Source: Pseudomonadales bacterium | GTDB taxonomy: Bacteria > Patescibacteriota > Microgenomatia > UBA1400 > PJMF01 | Length of the DNA: 64,000 nucleotides | Assembly (NCBI GenBank): GCA_020632255.1 | Contig: JACKFX010000001.1 | Span: 184,216 to 248,215 of the forward strand | Direction: 5' to 3' | Shown: one piece after another, positions 1-10,504 of the stretch | How the letters are laid out: the number at the start of each line of letters is the position of its first letter | Position numbering within the stretch: the stretch's first letter is position 1 | The notes under the pieces: model-generated | The model's input: the letters and a program-made list of their open reading frames with translations, nothing else | What the model was told of the DNA's origin: nothing | Databases searched by the model: none | Position numbers and translations under genes: made by a program

Positions 1-1133
1 TCAACACCACGTTCTCCCCAACCGATAGGAACAATAATACCATCTGCTGCTTTAAGGTCGTCTTGGGCAGTAGAATTTTTCTTCTCAAGATCTTCTGCTT
101 TAATAAATTTGATTTCAAGCTCGGTATCACTGTGTACGGCAGCAAATTCAAGTGATTCGAGCAACGAAACATAGGAATCCTTGAGTTCAAAATTTCCGGT
201 TGAGAGATACTTGGCAATGATGGCGATAGTAACTTTGTGTTTCTTTTCGCTGTTGAGTTTTTTGACAAAGTCTTCCCATTCCTGAAGATTGCTTTTTCCT
301 TCTGGGAGGTGTAGTTTTGCCAGAACTTTGGTGTCAAAGTTTTGGGCGGCGAGTACTGGAGGTACTTCATAAATACTGCCGAGATCTGGATTAGAAATGA
401 CGTCTTCTCTACTCATGTTTGAGTAGAAAGCAACCTTTTCCTTACGTTTTTCGTCAATCATGTACTCTCCTCGACCGACGATAAAGTCGGGTTGGATCCC
501 CATTGACTGGAGAGCACTGACAGAGAGCTGAGTTGGTTTTGATTTGAGTTCATTAATGTGTGAAGGATTTGGGAAGTAGGTTACGTGTACGTGGACTGTA
601 TCTTCTGGTGCCTGGAGATTCATGATACGGTAGGCTTCGTAGTAGATTTGGTTTTGGTACTCTCCTGCGGTTCCACCGAGTTCGACTAAACAAATGTCAA
701 AATCTTCACCGGCAGCTTTAATCCGGCGAATAGCTTCTTGTGGCACGTAGAGCCAGGCATCAACTGTGGCTCCACCATAGGCAAGATTCTTAGTATTTTC
801 AATGACAGAAGAATAAATCTGACCCAAAGTGGTGAAATTTTTCTTGCCAACTTCTTGATCTAAAAAACGCTCGTAAGAACCGAGGTCGAGGTCGGCTTCA
901 AGTCCATCTTCACAGAGGAAGACGTCACCGTGTTCGATCGGGTTAATGTTTCCAGAATCAATATTGAGATAGTTTTCGCATTTAATGTTGGTCACTTTGT
1001 AGCCGCGGTTTTTGAGGAGCAACCCAAGGGATGCGGCTGTAATGCCTTTCCCAAGACCTGACAGAACACCGCCAGAGACGAAAACATATTTAGTAGTTGA
1101 TGTTGATGTGGGGGTTTTTCCATGAGTGCTCAT
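1..1133 (-). CDS. pyrG: CTP synthase, N-terminal ~377 aa; the 3' end runs off the window start
   Basis: Manual minus-strand translation from the ATG at 1133-1131 gives MSTHGKTP...KYVFVSGGVLSGLGKGITAASLGLLLKNRGYKVT..DSGNINPIEHGDVFLCEDGLEADLDLGSYERF, the classic PyrG N-terminal synthetase motif. Not in the ORF track because it is incomplete. Confidence 0.85.
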   Translation of the reverse strand, partial: MSTHGKTPTSTSTTKYVFVSGGVLSGLGKGITAASLGLLLKNRGYKVTNIKCENYLNIDSGNINPIEHGDVFLCEDGLEADLDLGSYERFLDQEVGKKNFTTLGQIYSSVIENTKNLAYGGATVDAWLYVPQEAIRRIKAAGEDFDICLVELGGTAGEYQNQIYYEAYRIMNLQAPEDTVHVHVTYFPNPSHINELKSKPTQLSVSALQSMGIQPDFIVGRGEYMIDEKRKEKVAFYSNMSREDVISNPDLGSIYEVPPVLAAQNFDTKVLAKLHLPEGKSNLQEWEDFVKKLNSEKKHKVTIAIIAKYLSTGNFELKDSYVSLLESLEFAAVHSDTELEIKFIKAEDLEKKNSTAQDDLKAADGIIVPIGWGERGV

Positions 1134-1269
1134 GGAAGTATATTGTAGCGTAATTGGAAGCAAAGTCAAAGGGGAAAAATGATATAGTAAAAACTATCAG
1201 GCTTAATTTATCTAGAAGTTGTGGATTTGAGATAGTTAGACCACAAAATTTGGTATAGTTTTATACATT

Positions 1270-3015
1270 TCATAATATAGTATAGATAGATTTATCAGAT
1301 TGCATCTCCTGAGGAAGTTGTTCAACAATTGAAAAAATTGGCATCATGTCAGGTCCATAAATTGTTTTAAGAGGTTGCACGACTGTACTGAGTTGATCAT
1401 CATTTAGACATCCATACTTGAAAATATAGAGTATATTGGGTTTTATTTCTTGATGGTCCGGACATTCTCCAGGATTAAAGGTATATTCATTGAGTTGAAC
1501 AACAGGTTTATTGGGTTGGAATAGATCTCGCTTCATTGCTGTAGGAATCTTTTGATAATCTTCTGGAGGATAGCTGGTATATAAGAGATAGTATGTGTGT
1601 GGAGTATCTCCAGCTTCAAAAAAAATGATAGAATCATATTTTTCTTTGATAGATTCAGAATAGGTATATACTTCTTTATACCCAAATGATCTGTGTCGTG
1701 TTGTCTCAAATGGTGTGTGAGCAATGTATTGTTTTACAAAAAATCCAAAGTTAAAAATATAGAGTAATCCAAGTATAGAAAATGCAGTATGTGCTAGCAC
1801 TGAATGCTTATTCTTAAGGTAAGTGAAGAGATAGTCTACCCCACTTGCTGCAAAGATAAGAAGCACAATAAATAGATATAATGCTCTTTTCACATTTGGA
1901 GCATCTGTTACAGTAACTGCTCCTCCAAGCGGGGCTATTAGGAGCCAGAGTAGTAAAAATTGCTTTTCCTTTGTTGATAATTTTCCGTTGAATAGTCCAA
2001 GAATAATAAATGGAACTAAAATCAACAAGATAGGACCAACCTGAGGAACAAGATATCGTTTATGAAATCCCCCGTCATTAAACAAGAAACTTACGTCAAA
2101 ATAGTCGAGATATAAATGAGCTAGATCAAATCCAAGGTTTATAATTTTATTAGTGTACATTCGGGTATAAAAAATTGGAAGTTCAGCAATTCCTTCTCTT
2201 GTAAAAATTACTTCAAGTTGTTGTGGAGTTCTGCCATGGGTAAAGACTGAAGTATTTTGGAAACTCATTTGGTTCCCTGATGTAGCAAAAATACTCAACG
2301 CTGAAATAATAAAAAGTGAAACAGCAAAAATGATTTGAGATAGACGGTTTTTTACTGAAATGCTGTTCCACAAAAAGTACATCACAGCTACATGAAGTAA
2401 AGGCAATACGACACGGGTTGCGTTATAGGTGAATAGGGCCATAAGGTAAGAGAGCACCACCAGCACCAAGTATTTTGTATGTTTTTTTCTTGTCCATGCA
2501 TGGAAGAAGAGAAAGCCGATCAATGAGAAGAAAAGAGCTGTGAGAGCTTCACTGCCAGCTCTTGATTGGACTACCATCCATGGAGAAAATGTGACCAGCA
2601 CTGTCGTAAGTTGCGCGAGTCTCTCCTTTTTGAAAAAAGTTTTGATAAATACATAGGTTATTGGAATGAGAATTGTTCCAATTAGAATGGCAGGGAATCT
2701 TTCGGCAAGCTCTGTAAGCCCAAGAAAGGGAATTGTGAGGGTAACTAAGTAATTATATCCTCCTGGTGGATAGTCGCCCAAAGCTTTAAAATGGAGGGGT
2801 AATAATCTTCCCCACTCATCTTTACCTGTTTTGAGGATACTATATGCACTATAGGCGATGCCCGCTTCGTCACGATGAAACCCATATGGGAGTTCTGGCT
2901 GGCGATAGAAGCGAATAATAAAACCAATGATAGTTAGAAAAACGAGAAAAAGAACTGTCTTATTTGAAAAGGTATTCTTAATTATTGAAAGAAGTGATGA
3001 ACGTTTTTTTTCCAT
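1270..3015 (-). CDS. GT-C fold integral-membrane glycosyltransferase (GT39/GT83-like, PMT/ArnT family)
   Basis: 581 aa with many predicted TM helices. First-loop motif FHRDEAGIAYSAYSILKTGKDEWG is a GT-C DE motif. Paralogous to the ORF at 7306-9135. Confidence 0.55.
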   Translation of the reverse strand: MEKKRSSLLSIIKNTFSNKTVLFLVFLTIIGFIIRFYRQPELPYGFHRDEAGIAYSAYSILKTGKDEWGRLLPLHFKALGDYPPGGYNYLVTLTIPFLGLTELAERFPAILIGTILIPITYVFIKTFFKKERLAQLTTVLVTFSPWMVVQSRAGSEALTALFFSLIGFLFFHAWTRKKHTKYLVLVVLSYLMALFTYNATRVVLPLLHVAVMYFLWNSISVKNRLSQIIFAVSLFIISALSIFATSGNQMSFQNTSVFTHGRTPQQLEVIFTREGIAELPIFYTRMYTNKIINLGFDLAHLYLDYFDVSFLFNDGGFHKRYLVPQVGPILLILVPFIILGLFNGKLSTKEKQFLLLWLLIAPLGGAVTVTDAPNVKRALYLFIVLLIFAASGVDYLFTYLKNKHSVLAHTAFSILGLLYIFNFGFFVKQYIAHTPFETTRHRSFGYKEVYTYSESIKEKYDSIIFFEAGDTPHTYYLLYTSYPPEDYQKIPTAMKRDLFQPNKPVVQLNEYTFNPGECPDHQEIKPNILYIFKYGCLNDDQLSTVVQPLKTIYGPDMMPIFSIVEQLPQEMQSDKSIYTIL

Positions 3016-3042
3016 TAGATAGTTTCTAGAGTATTATGAGCA

Positions 3043-6000
3043 TTATCTTAGCAAAGCGGCGACTTTCTTTTCTAGTTTTTCTGACCATTTAACGCCGTAT
3101 GGCAAGAGTAATTTTTGCGGTTCACCGCCGTTTGGAATCAAAATTAAGACACTGTTATCTCCTGGGTATTGTTTGAGTAGTGTGCCTAAGGCTTTGAGTG
3201 TGTCCTTGCTTGTTTTTCGTGGAATGAAAATTTCTTTGTGCACGCCGTTGGTTTCGTGTGTTATTTCTCCTGTGCTGGGTTTGCTGACTTTTTCGGCGAT
3301 TAGCTGCATTTCTTCATCTCGATAGTCGACTTTGGCTTTGATGAGCAGAACTGCATCATCTTGGATGGCATCTTTGTATTCATCATAGGTACGAGGAAAA
3401 AAGACTACATCGATGCTGCCGGTTGAATCCTCTAGTCGGCCAAAAGCCATATCTTTGCCTGATTTTCTGGTTTGAACAATGCGAAGGCGAGAAAGTACTC
3501 CACCAAACATGAAAGTATTGTTAGCGTGTAAGTTTGCGTCAAGATCGCCAATATCTTTAGAGATTCGATTAGAGATTGCTCGCAGTTGTGCTGCGAGTGG
3601 ATGATCGGTTAAATACATGCCCAACAACTCTTTTTCAAAGGATAAGAGCTCTTGCTGTGGGTACTCTGGTAGCTGAGGGAAGTCGTCTTTGAGTTCGTTA
3701 GCATTAGTTTCGACATTTGCGAATAAGCTGTCTTGACCATCAATATTAGATTCAAGTTTTGCTGCTGATTTGCGAATGTTCTCCAGGTTTTCAAGCATAC
3801 TGGCGCGTGTGCCAAATGAATCCATTGCCCCAACTTTTATAAGGCACTCGAGGGTTGTTTTGTTGACTTTCCGGCCATCAGTTTCGTTAATAAATTGAGT
3901 CAGCGAAGTAAATTCTCCTATCTCATTTTTTGTTTCGACAATATTTTCAATCGCTTTGCTACCAACATGTTTTATAGCATTGAATCCAAAGCGGATAGCC
4001 AAACCTTCAAGTGAGTTTTTATTCTTTTCAATGATAAACTCAGCATCAGATTTATTAATGTCAGGAGGCAAAATCACGATACCCATTTTTTTACTCCCTT
4101 CGACAGCAGCAGAAATTTTCTCATCGGCGTTCATGGAGTGCGATGCAGCCTCGACACTCATCAAAGCAGTCATGTACTCGACTGGGAAGTTGGCTTTCAG
4201 GTAGGCAGTTTGGTAGGAAATCATCGCATAACTGGCAGCGTGCGCTTTGTTGAACCCGTAGTTTGCGAATGCCATGATGTACTGCCAGACTTTTTCGGCC
4301 ACCTCTTTTGAGTAGCCTCGTTTGCCAGATTCTAATATGAAGCGTTTTTTATTTTCTTCCAGAATTTTGATTTTCTTTTTACCCATGGCGCGGCGGATCA
4401 TGTCTGCTTCACCTAGTGAATAGCCGGCCATGAGTGAGAAAATTTGCATCACTTGCTCTTGGTAGACCATGACTCCGTAGGTTTCCTCAAAGACTTCCTT
4501 GAGTTTTGGGTGCAGATATTCAATCTTATCGGGGTTGTGTTTTCCTTCAATAAATTGTGGAATAAGTTCCATCGGTCCCGGACGGTACAATGCAAGTAAA
4601 GCTGAAACATCTGAAAACTGGCTTGGTTGAAGGCTGCGCGCAACCCGGCGCATGCCTGCCGACTCAAGTTGAAAGACGCCCATGGTTTCGCCACGAGAAA
4701 GCAGTTCGTAGGTTTTTTTATCATCGAGAGCAAGGTTATCAAGATCAAGATCAATATTTTTATATTTTTTAATAAGCTCAAGACAAAACTGTATGGTGGA
4801 AAGATTCCGCAGTCCAAGAAAGTCAAACTTGAGTAGTCCAATGGCATTATCGTCGACGTTACAGTCGAGTGCATACATGTCGTACTGGGTAATCATTTTC
4901 CCTGATTTTGAATCTTGTTGAATTGGCGTGTAGTTGTGCAGTGGTTGGTCAGCAATAATTACGGCGGCAGCATGCATACTGGAGTGACGTACTACACCTT
5001 CAACACGTTTGGCCATATCGATAAGTTTGCGATACTTGGGTAGTTGGTAGTATTCTGAAAGTTCTGGAACTTGCTGGATTGCTTGGTCAAGTGAAGTTTT
5101 TTTACCTGGATCTGCTGGAATAAGTTTGGCGATCATGTCTGGTTCTTCGTAGGGCATTCCCAGCACACGACCAATGTCTCGAATCGAGACGCGAGCTTCC
5201 ATACGACCAAAAGTAATCACATGAGCGACTTGTTCTACTCCATATTTTTCAGAACAGTACTGAATGACTTCATCACGGCGGACATCAGCAAAATCAAGAT
5301 CGATATCAGGAGGAGTTGGACGTTCGGGATTGAGGAAACGCTCGAACGGTAAGTTGTGTTCGAGGGGATTGATGGTGGTAATGCCTAAACAGTATGAAAC
5401 TAGTGACCCGGCGGCGCTGCCTCTTCCTGGGCCCACAGCAATCCCCTGCTCTTTGGCCCAGTTCACAAAATCTTGGGTGATGAGAAAGTACGCAGAGTAG
5501 CCTTTGGTTTGAATGATGTCGATCTCGTATTCAAGCCGTTCAATCATTTCTTTAGTTGGTTTTCCAAACTTTTCATAGAGTTTTTCGTGGGAGTATTTAT
5601 CAAAGAATGAGTCGATGGTTTCACCTTCCGGAATCTCGTAGTTAGGGAAAATCAGCTGACCAGTTTTGATAAAAAGGTTGCATTTTTCGGCTATTTCGAC
5701 GGTGTTGGAGATTGCTTCCGGAAGGTCATGGAAGAGCTCAATCATTTCCTCTTGTGTTTTGAGGTAATAGTCGGGGCTGCTCATTTTCATACGTTTGGTG
5801 TCTGAAATGAGTTTGCGAGTGCCCACACAAATTAATGCATCTTGGGCAGGAGCATCTTCTTTAGTAAGGTAATGAACGTCGGCGGTAGCTACTAGTTTAA
5901 TGTCGAGGTCACGACTTATCTTGATGAGTTTGGTATTCAGGTCTTCGAGGAAGTCGATTTCAGGATGGCGCTGAATTTCCACATAGAAGTCATCGCCAAA

Positions 6001-6555
6001 GTGATGTTTAAATTCTCTAAAGAGTGTGGTAGCTTCATCGTCACGGCCTTCTCGCAGCATGCGATTGAAGTAGCTGGATGGACAACCACTGAGCACAATA
6101 ACTCCCTCGGAGTGTTCAAATAAGAGATCTTTATCGATGCGGGGTTTATACGAAAAACCTTCCAGATTTGCTATGGAAGTAAGTTTCATGAGGTTACGAT
6201 ACCCAACCTCATTTTTGGCTAGTAAGGTGAGGTGAGTTTGATCGGTGCCCATTTTGGTTTGCTTATCGAATCGGGAGTTTTTGGCAACATACGCTTCGAC
6301 CCCAATAATTGGTTTGATGCCCTCTTTTTTACAGGCATTGTAGAAGTGCAAGCACCCATACATCCCACCATGATCGGTGATGGCTAAAGCATCCATGCCC
6401 AGTTTTTTTGCTTGATCGATGAGTTTGTGATGTTTGTGGTGAGGATTAATGATGTTTAAACCATCGAGCATCGAGTACTCTGTGTGCAAGTGGAGGTGCA
6501 CAAACTGAGTGGTACGTGTAGCTGGTGCTGATTGTTGTTCTGTTGTGTCTGACAT
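3043..6555 (-). CDS. dnaE: DNA polymerase III alpha subunit
   Basis: 1170 aa. N-terminal PHP domain (HLHLHTEYSMLDGL, ITDHGGMYG), polymerase core, C-terminal OB region. Confidence 0.9.
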   Translation of the reverse strand: MSDTTEQQSAPATRTTQFVHLHLHTEYSMLDGLNIINPHHKHHKLIDQAKKLGMDALAITDHGGMYGCLHFYNACKKEGIKPIIGVEAYVAKNSRFDKQTKMGTDQTHLTLLAKNEVGYRNLMKLTSIANLEGFSYKPRIDKDLLFEHSEGVIVLSGCPSSYFNRMLREGRDDEATTLFREFKHHFGDDFYVEIQRHPEIDFLEDLNTKLIKISRDLDIKLVATADVHYLTKEDAPAQDALICVGTRKLISDTKRMKMSSPDYYLKTQEEMIELFHDLPEAISNTVEIAEKCNLFIKTGQLIFPNYEIPEGETIDSFFDKYSHEKLYEKFGKPTKEMIERLEYEIDIIQTKGYSAYFLITQDFVNWAKEQGIAVGPGRGSAAGSLVSYCLGITTINPLEHNLPFERFLNPERPTPPDIDLDFADVRRDEVIQYCSEKYGVEQVAHVITFGRMEARVSIRDIGRVLGMPYEEPDMIAKLIPADPGKKTSLDQAIQQVPELSEYYQLPKYRKLIDMAKRVEGVVRHSSMHAAAVIIADQPLHNYTPIQQDSKSGKMITQYDMYALDCNVDDNAIGLLKFDFLGLRNLSTIQFCLELIKKYKNIDLDLDNLALDDKKTYELLSRGETMGVFQLESAGMRRVARSLQPSQFSDVSALLALYRPGPMELIPQFIEGKHNPDKIEYLHPKLKEVFEETYGVMVYQEQVMQIFSLMAGYSLGEADMIRRAMGKKKIKILEENKKRFILESGKRGYSKEVAEKVWQYIMAFANYGFNKAHAASYAMISYQTAYLKANFPVEYMTALMSVEAASHSMNADEKISAAVEGSKKMGIVILPPDINKSDAEFIIEKNKNSLEGLAIRFGFNAIKHVGSKAIENIVETKNEIGEFTSLTQFINETDGRKVNKTTLECLIKVGAMDSFGTRASMLENLENIRKSAAKLESNIDGQDSLFANVETNANELKDDFPQLPEYPQQELLSFEKELLGMYLTDHPLAAQLRAISNRISKDIGDLDANLHANNTFMFGGVLSRLRIVQTRKSGKDMAFGRLEDSTGSIDVVFFPRTYDEYKDAIQDDAVLLIKAKVDYRDEEMQLIAEKVSKPSTGEITHETNGVHKEIFIPRKTSKDTLKALGTLLKQYPGDNSVLILIPNGGEPQKLLLPYGVKWSEKLEKKVAALLR

Positions 6556-6674
6556 GGATAGCGTAAGAGTATCATACAGTATCTTATGCTTGTTATAAGC
6601 GTTGAATTTTTGAGTAACTTATCAGTAATACAATAAATGCTTGTTGAATCAGTTTTTTTTCAGTATATCATATC

Positions 6675-7181
6675 ATGTTCAAATTTTTTCCATCAATTCA
6701 TAAAAAAAATTTCTCCCAGAAAGGGTTCACATTAATTGAACTATTAATTGTGGTAGCAATCTTAGCAATTTTGTTAATTGTTACTTTGGTAGCGCTACGA
6801 CCAGCTGAACGTTTGGCTGATGCTCGCGATGCACGTAGAGGTGTCGATGTCAATCAGTTTTTAACAGGAATTCATGAGTGTGTGATTGATGGCGATACTG
6901 ACTTAACTACTTGTTTAGTAACACATACGGTTGGTGATGTGTATGAGATTGTCGCGTCTGGAACTACCACAGGCTGTGATGATGTGTGTACTTCTGTTAC
7001 CTCTGACACTCATTGTTTAGCGCTCGATAACACACTTTCTGATTACTTCATTGAGTTACCAGCTGATCCCGGCGGTGTGGCTACTGGTCACACGGAGTAC
7101 ACCGTTCAGGTGTACAGTAACGGTATGACAGTGATTGAGGCTTGTTCTGCCGAAAACAACACCATTAAAGTTTCACGATAA
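6675..7181 (+). CDS. type IV pilin / pseudopilin with prepilin N-terminal cleavage-methylation motif
   Basis: N-terminus MFKFFPSIHKKNFSQKG|FTLIELLIVVAILAIL is a class III signal peptide (G/FTLIE with a hydrophobic stretch). 168 aa. Confidence 0.75.
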   Translation: MFKFFPSIHKKNFSQKGFTLIELLIVVAILAILLIVTLVALRPAERLADARDARRGVDVNQFLTGIHECVIDGDTDLTTCLVTHTVGDVYEIVASGTTTGCDDVCTSVTSDTHCLALDNTLSDYFIELPADPGGVATGHTEYTVQVYSNGMTVIEACSAENNTIKVSR

Positions 7182-7305
7182 CTACGCATTTTATATCACT
7201 TTGATATATTTATATATAGAAAAACATGACTTTTTTGCTCGATTTAGCCTGGTGGAGGGCTAAAAATGGGTTTGCTCAATTTTTAGCAGAAGATGCCTTC
7301 TTTTG

Positions 7306-9135
7306 CTAATTAGGGATTTCAGCCGATGTTTCCATCTTTGATGTACCACAGTTTTGTGAAACTAAGTTTTTGATGTCATCGGGGATGGTATTTGTAGTAT
7401 AGATATATCCAATTGGTGGGTTTAGATGATATCTGTTTGTATCCATGATGGTGTTGTCCTCAAGGTGGAGTTCAGGATTAGTTGAGTAAGCATCGGAGTA
7501 TGAGCTTGGTAACAAGCTGAGAAGGTCAAAGTCGCTGACAATGAGTGCATTTTCTGTAGTAATCATGCAGATGTCTATTTTATGTACAGAGACTGAGCCA
7601 TAGTCGAAGACTTCGACATCGGTATGAGCATGTTGTGTTTGAATGCGGGTTGGGTCCATTTGGGTGTAGAACGGATAAAACAGGTAGTTTTCTATTAGCT
7701 CAGGTGACAAATAGACGTGTGAATAATCTGAGAGGGTGTAGTCTTTGGTGAGTTGGTGGAGAGTAGTTTGAGCGTCTCCTTGCCAAGACAAGTAGGAATC
7801 TTCTGGAAAGTAGCGATACAAATCCACAAAATAGAGTGAGGTGTTGTAGACAATTGTTAACGTTAGACCAAGCAAAGCAATTTCTGTTAGTTGAAGTTGC
7901 TGTGAGATCTTCCATGATGAAAGTTTTTTGGAAAGATACTCGACCCCCACAGTAGCAAAATAAATGTACGCTGGCAACTGAATAAGAGTTCTACCTGAGT
8001 GTGGTACATCATCGCTGAGTGTCGATGGTAAAACACCAAGTAGTAGCCAAAGAAGGAAGAACGTATCAACCTTTTTTCGTTTTGAAAAATAGATTCCTAC
8101 TCCAATAAGTGGAAGGGTTACTAATAATAAATTGCCATGTCTGTTAAAACCATGCCGTGCGCTGAGGGTATTGTCAAACCATACGAATGATGGATCAAAA
8201 TGAACCATATAGTTTTTAGCTAATACATAGGTGCCGGTAATCATTTTGTTTGCAAAGAGGCGAACTTCGGGGAGATTCAGGACTACACTCCGGAAGAGTG
8301 ATTCGTTGGTATCATTTTGAATCATTGGTTTGTTGAGTATGAAAACGGCTTCTGCGCGTGCTCCTGCTCCACTAAAGACCGAAGCTACAAAGATGACTAC
8401 GGTAAAGAGTGCTACAAGCACATAACTACCGAACAATGCTTTTGATGTACTGAAATTCTTCCACACAGTTTTTAAATCAAAGAGCATGAAGTATGAAAAA
8501 AGTAGTAAAGGAACAAATAGCCGAGCTGAGTTATAGGTATACATTGCTAGGAGCAGAACGACGGCGCCACTATATTTGAACAGATTCTTTTTTGAGATAA
8601 ACAATGCTATGCCAGCTACTAAGAAAAAGAAGGACACAATTGGATCCATTGCGGCTCGGCTGTAATGAACAAGCCAGGGTGCGGTTGCGAAAAGAACAAG
8701 ACTCAGTAATTGCAAAAAAGTTTTGTATTTTGATGTCTCAAAGAGTGCAAGTTGTCGAAGCATGAGCCACCAAAAAAAGGTACTGAGTGCACCCATCACT
8801 GCCACTGGCAGACGTGAGGCAAAGGAATTCAGACCAAACAGTGCAATAAATGGAACTTGGAGATAGCTGAGTAGTGCAGGTTTAAAATCACCAAAGGATC
8901 TTAGAAAGATTGGAAAGCTTGTTCCCCACTCATCTTTTCCTGTCTTGAGTAAGCTGAAGGCATTATAAGAGTAGGCAACTTCATCCCAGTTTAATCCTGA
9001 GGGAAAAACATCTAGTTTCCAAAATTTGAACAGCGTGGCACTAATCAGGACTAGTGCAAGAAGTCCAATAGCAACCCACAAAATAACAGTCGATACTTGT
9101 TTAGAATACTTCATTCTCAAAAAAGTATAGCACAC
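7306..9135 (-). CDS. GT-C fold integral-membrane glycosyltransferase (GT39/GT83-like), paralog of 1270-3015
   Basis: 609 aa, multi-TM. Motif NWDEVAYSYNAFSLLKTGKDEWG matches the paralog's DE-loop. Confidence 0.55.
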   Translation of the reverse strand: MCYTFLRMKYSKQVSTVILWVAIGLLALVLISATLFKFWKLDVFPSGLNWDEVAYSYNAFSLLKTGKDEWGTSFPIFLRSFGDFKPALLSYLQVPFIALFGLNSFASRLPVAVMGALSTFFWWLMLRQLALFETSKYKTFLQLLSLVLFATAPWLVHYSRAAMDPIVSFFFLVAGIALFISKKNLFKYSGAVVLLLAMYTYNSARLFVPLLLFSYFMLFDLKTVWKNFSTSKALFGSYVLVALFTVVIFVASVFSGAGARAEAVFILNKPMIQNDTNESLFRSVVLNLPEVRLFANKMITGTYVLAKNYMVHFDPSFVWFDNTLSARHGFNRHGNLLLVTLPLIGVGIYFSKRKKVDTFFLLWLLLGVLPSTLSDDVPHSGRTLIQLPAYIYFATVGVEYLSKKLSSWKISQQLQLTEIALLGLTLTIVYNTSLYFVDLYRYFPEDSYLSWQGDAQTTLHQLTKDYTLSDYSHVYLSPELIENYLFYPFYTQMDPTRIQTQHAHTDVEVFDYGSVSVHKIDICMITTENALIVSDFDLLSLLPSSYSDAYSTNPELHLEDNTIMDTNRYHLNPPIGYIYTTNTIPDDIKNLVSQNCGTSKMETSAEIPN

Positions 9136-9164
9136 TTACCCAGAGAACATTTGGTGTGTGTTTG

Positions 9165-10499
9165 CTATTTTTTGAGTTCTTTCATGAGGGTAGTTCGCAG
9201 TACGTTTGGATCAACCTTTTTGCCAAGCACACGCATCACTTGGCCAATAAAGAATCCAACGACTTTTGTATCTCCATTTTGGTATTTCTCTACTGCGTCG
9301 GCATTTGCTTCTTTGATTTTGGTAATTGCTGCAACAAGTTCGCTGGTGTCAACGTCATCTGTTTTGCTCAGGTCGGCTACTTTTTTTGCTACAGCAGTTG
9401 GATCTTCACCTTCACTAACAGTAACCTTTTTGTTGACAATTGCATTAGCCACGGCGTTAGGTTTTTCTGCGATTGCAAAGACGGTTTCGAGCCATTCGGC
9501 GTAGGGGCGCTCGGCAGTTAGTTGCTCTGCATACTTACTTTCGATTCCGAACTCTTTTTCCCAACGTGCTGCTTTAGCTTTTGGCAGTTCAGGAATTTCT
9601 GCAGCTAACTCATCGATCCGCTTCTGAGTGAAGCGAATTGGTGGCAAGTCAGGATCTGGGAAGTAGCGGTAGTCTTCGGTGTCTTCTTTGGTGCGCTGTG
9701 AGAAAGTCTCACTCTTGTTTGGATTCCAGCCTCGGGTTTCTTGGGCTGGGGTTTCACCGGCCTCTAAGAGTTCATCATGGCGTTCCATTTCGTAGGCAAT
9801 GGCCTGTTCGACAAAGCGGAAGGAGTTGATGTTTTTAACTTCAACTTTATAGTCAGGAAGTTCTTCTTGGCCTTCAGGACGAATTGATATGTTGGCTTCC
9901 AGACGCATGCCCCCCTGCTCCATATCGCAGTCGGCAATATCGAGGTAGCGCATAACCTGACGCAAGGCCTTTCCGTACTCTTTGGCTTGCTTGGCTGACT
10001 TGATGTCTGGCTCGGTGACGATTTCAATCAAAGGCACGCTACTGCGGTTGTAGTCAATCAAACTGACTTTTTTGCCATCAACGGTTTTGTGCTGAAGCTT
10101 TCCAGTGTCTTCTTCGAGGTGAATGCGGGTGATGCGCACCGGTCCTTCAGAAGTTTCGACCACACCCTCATAACAGAAGGGAATGTCATACTGGCTAATC
10201 TGATAGGCCTTTGGCAAGTCAGGGTAGAAGTAGTTTTTACGATCAAACTTAGAAAAGAGATTAATCTTACAGCCAAGCGCGAGCCCAAGTTTAATGGTCC
10301 ACTCAATTGCAGTTTTATTGGCCACTGGCAAACCACCTGGCATACCTAAACAGGTTGGACAGGTATAGATGTTTGGTTTTTCTGCTCCGAATGGATCATT
10401 CTTACAGCCACAGAACATCTTGGATTTGGTTTTGAGTTCGGCATGGACTTCCATTCCACACACAAGCTCGTACTTGGTTTTTGGTGTTGAATCTGTCAT
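9165..10499 (-). CDS. gatB: Asp-tRNA(Asn)/Glu-tRNA(Gln) amidotransferase subunit B
   Basis: YELVCGMEVHAEL...CGC motifs typical of GatB. The likely true start is MTDSTPK, the 12th residue of the track ORF, avoiding overlap with gatA. Confidence 0.85.
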   Translation of the reverse strand: MTDSTPKTKYELVCGMEVHAELKTKSKMFCGCKNDPFGAEKPNIYTCPTCLGMPGGLPVANKTAIEWTIKLGLALGCKINLFSKFDRKNYFYPDLPKAYQISQYDIPFCYEGVVETSEGPVRITRIHLEEDTGKLQHKTVDGKKVSLIDYNRSSVPLIEIVTEPDIKSAKQAKEYGKALRQVMRYLDIADCDMEQGGMRLEANISIRPEGQEELPDYKVEVKNINSFRFVEQAIAYEMERHDELLEAGETPAQETRGWNPNKSETFSQRTKEDTEDYRYFPDPDLPPIRFTQKRIDELAAEIPELPKAKAARWEKEFGIESKYAEQLTAERPYAEWLETVFAIAEKPNAVANAIVNKKVTVSEGEDPTAVAKKVADLSKTDDVDTSELVAAITKIKEANADAVEKYQNGDTKVVGFFIGQVMRVLGKKVDPNVLRTTLMKELKK

Positions 10500-10504
10500 A
10501 GGTC

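Noticed and set aside
7182-7305. Possible convergent terminators between the pilin gene and the GT-C gene (TAGCCtggtggagGGCTA; GCAGAAGatgcCTTCTtttGC)
   Set aside because: Stems are short and imperfect and lack clean U-tracts. Plausible but not supportable as discrete features.
9097-9521. Two overlapping plus-strand ORFs (135 and 121 aa)
   Set aside because: Antisense to gatB and rich in Phe/Ser/Cys from the AT-rich antisense frame. Not genes.
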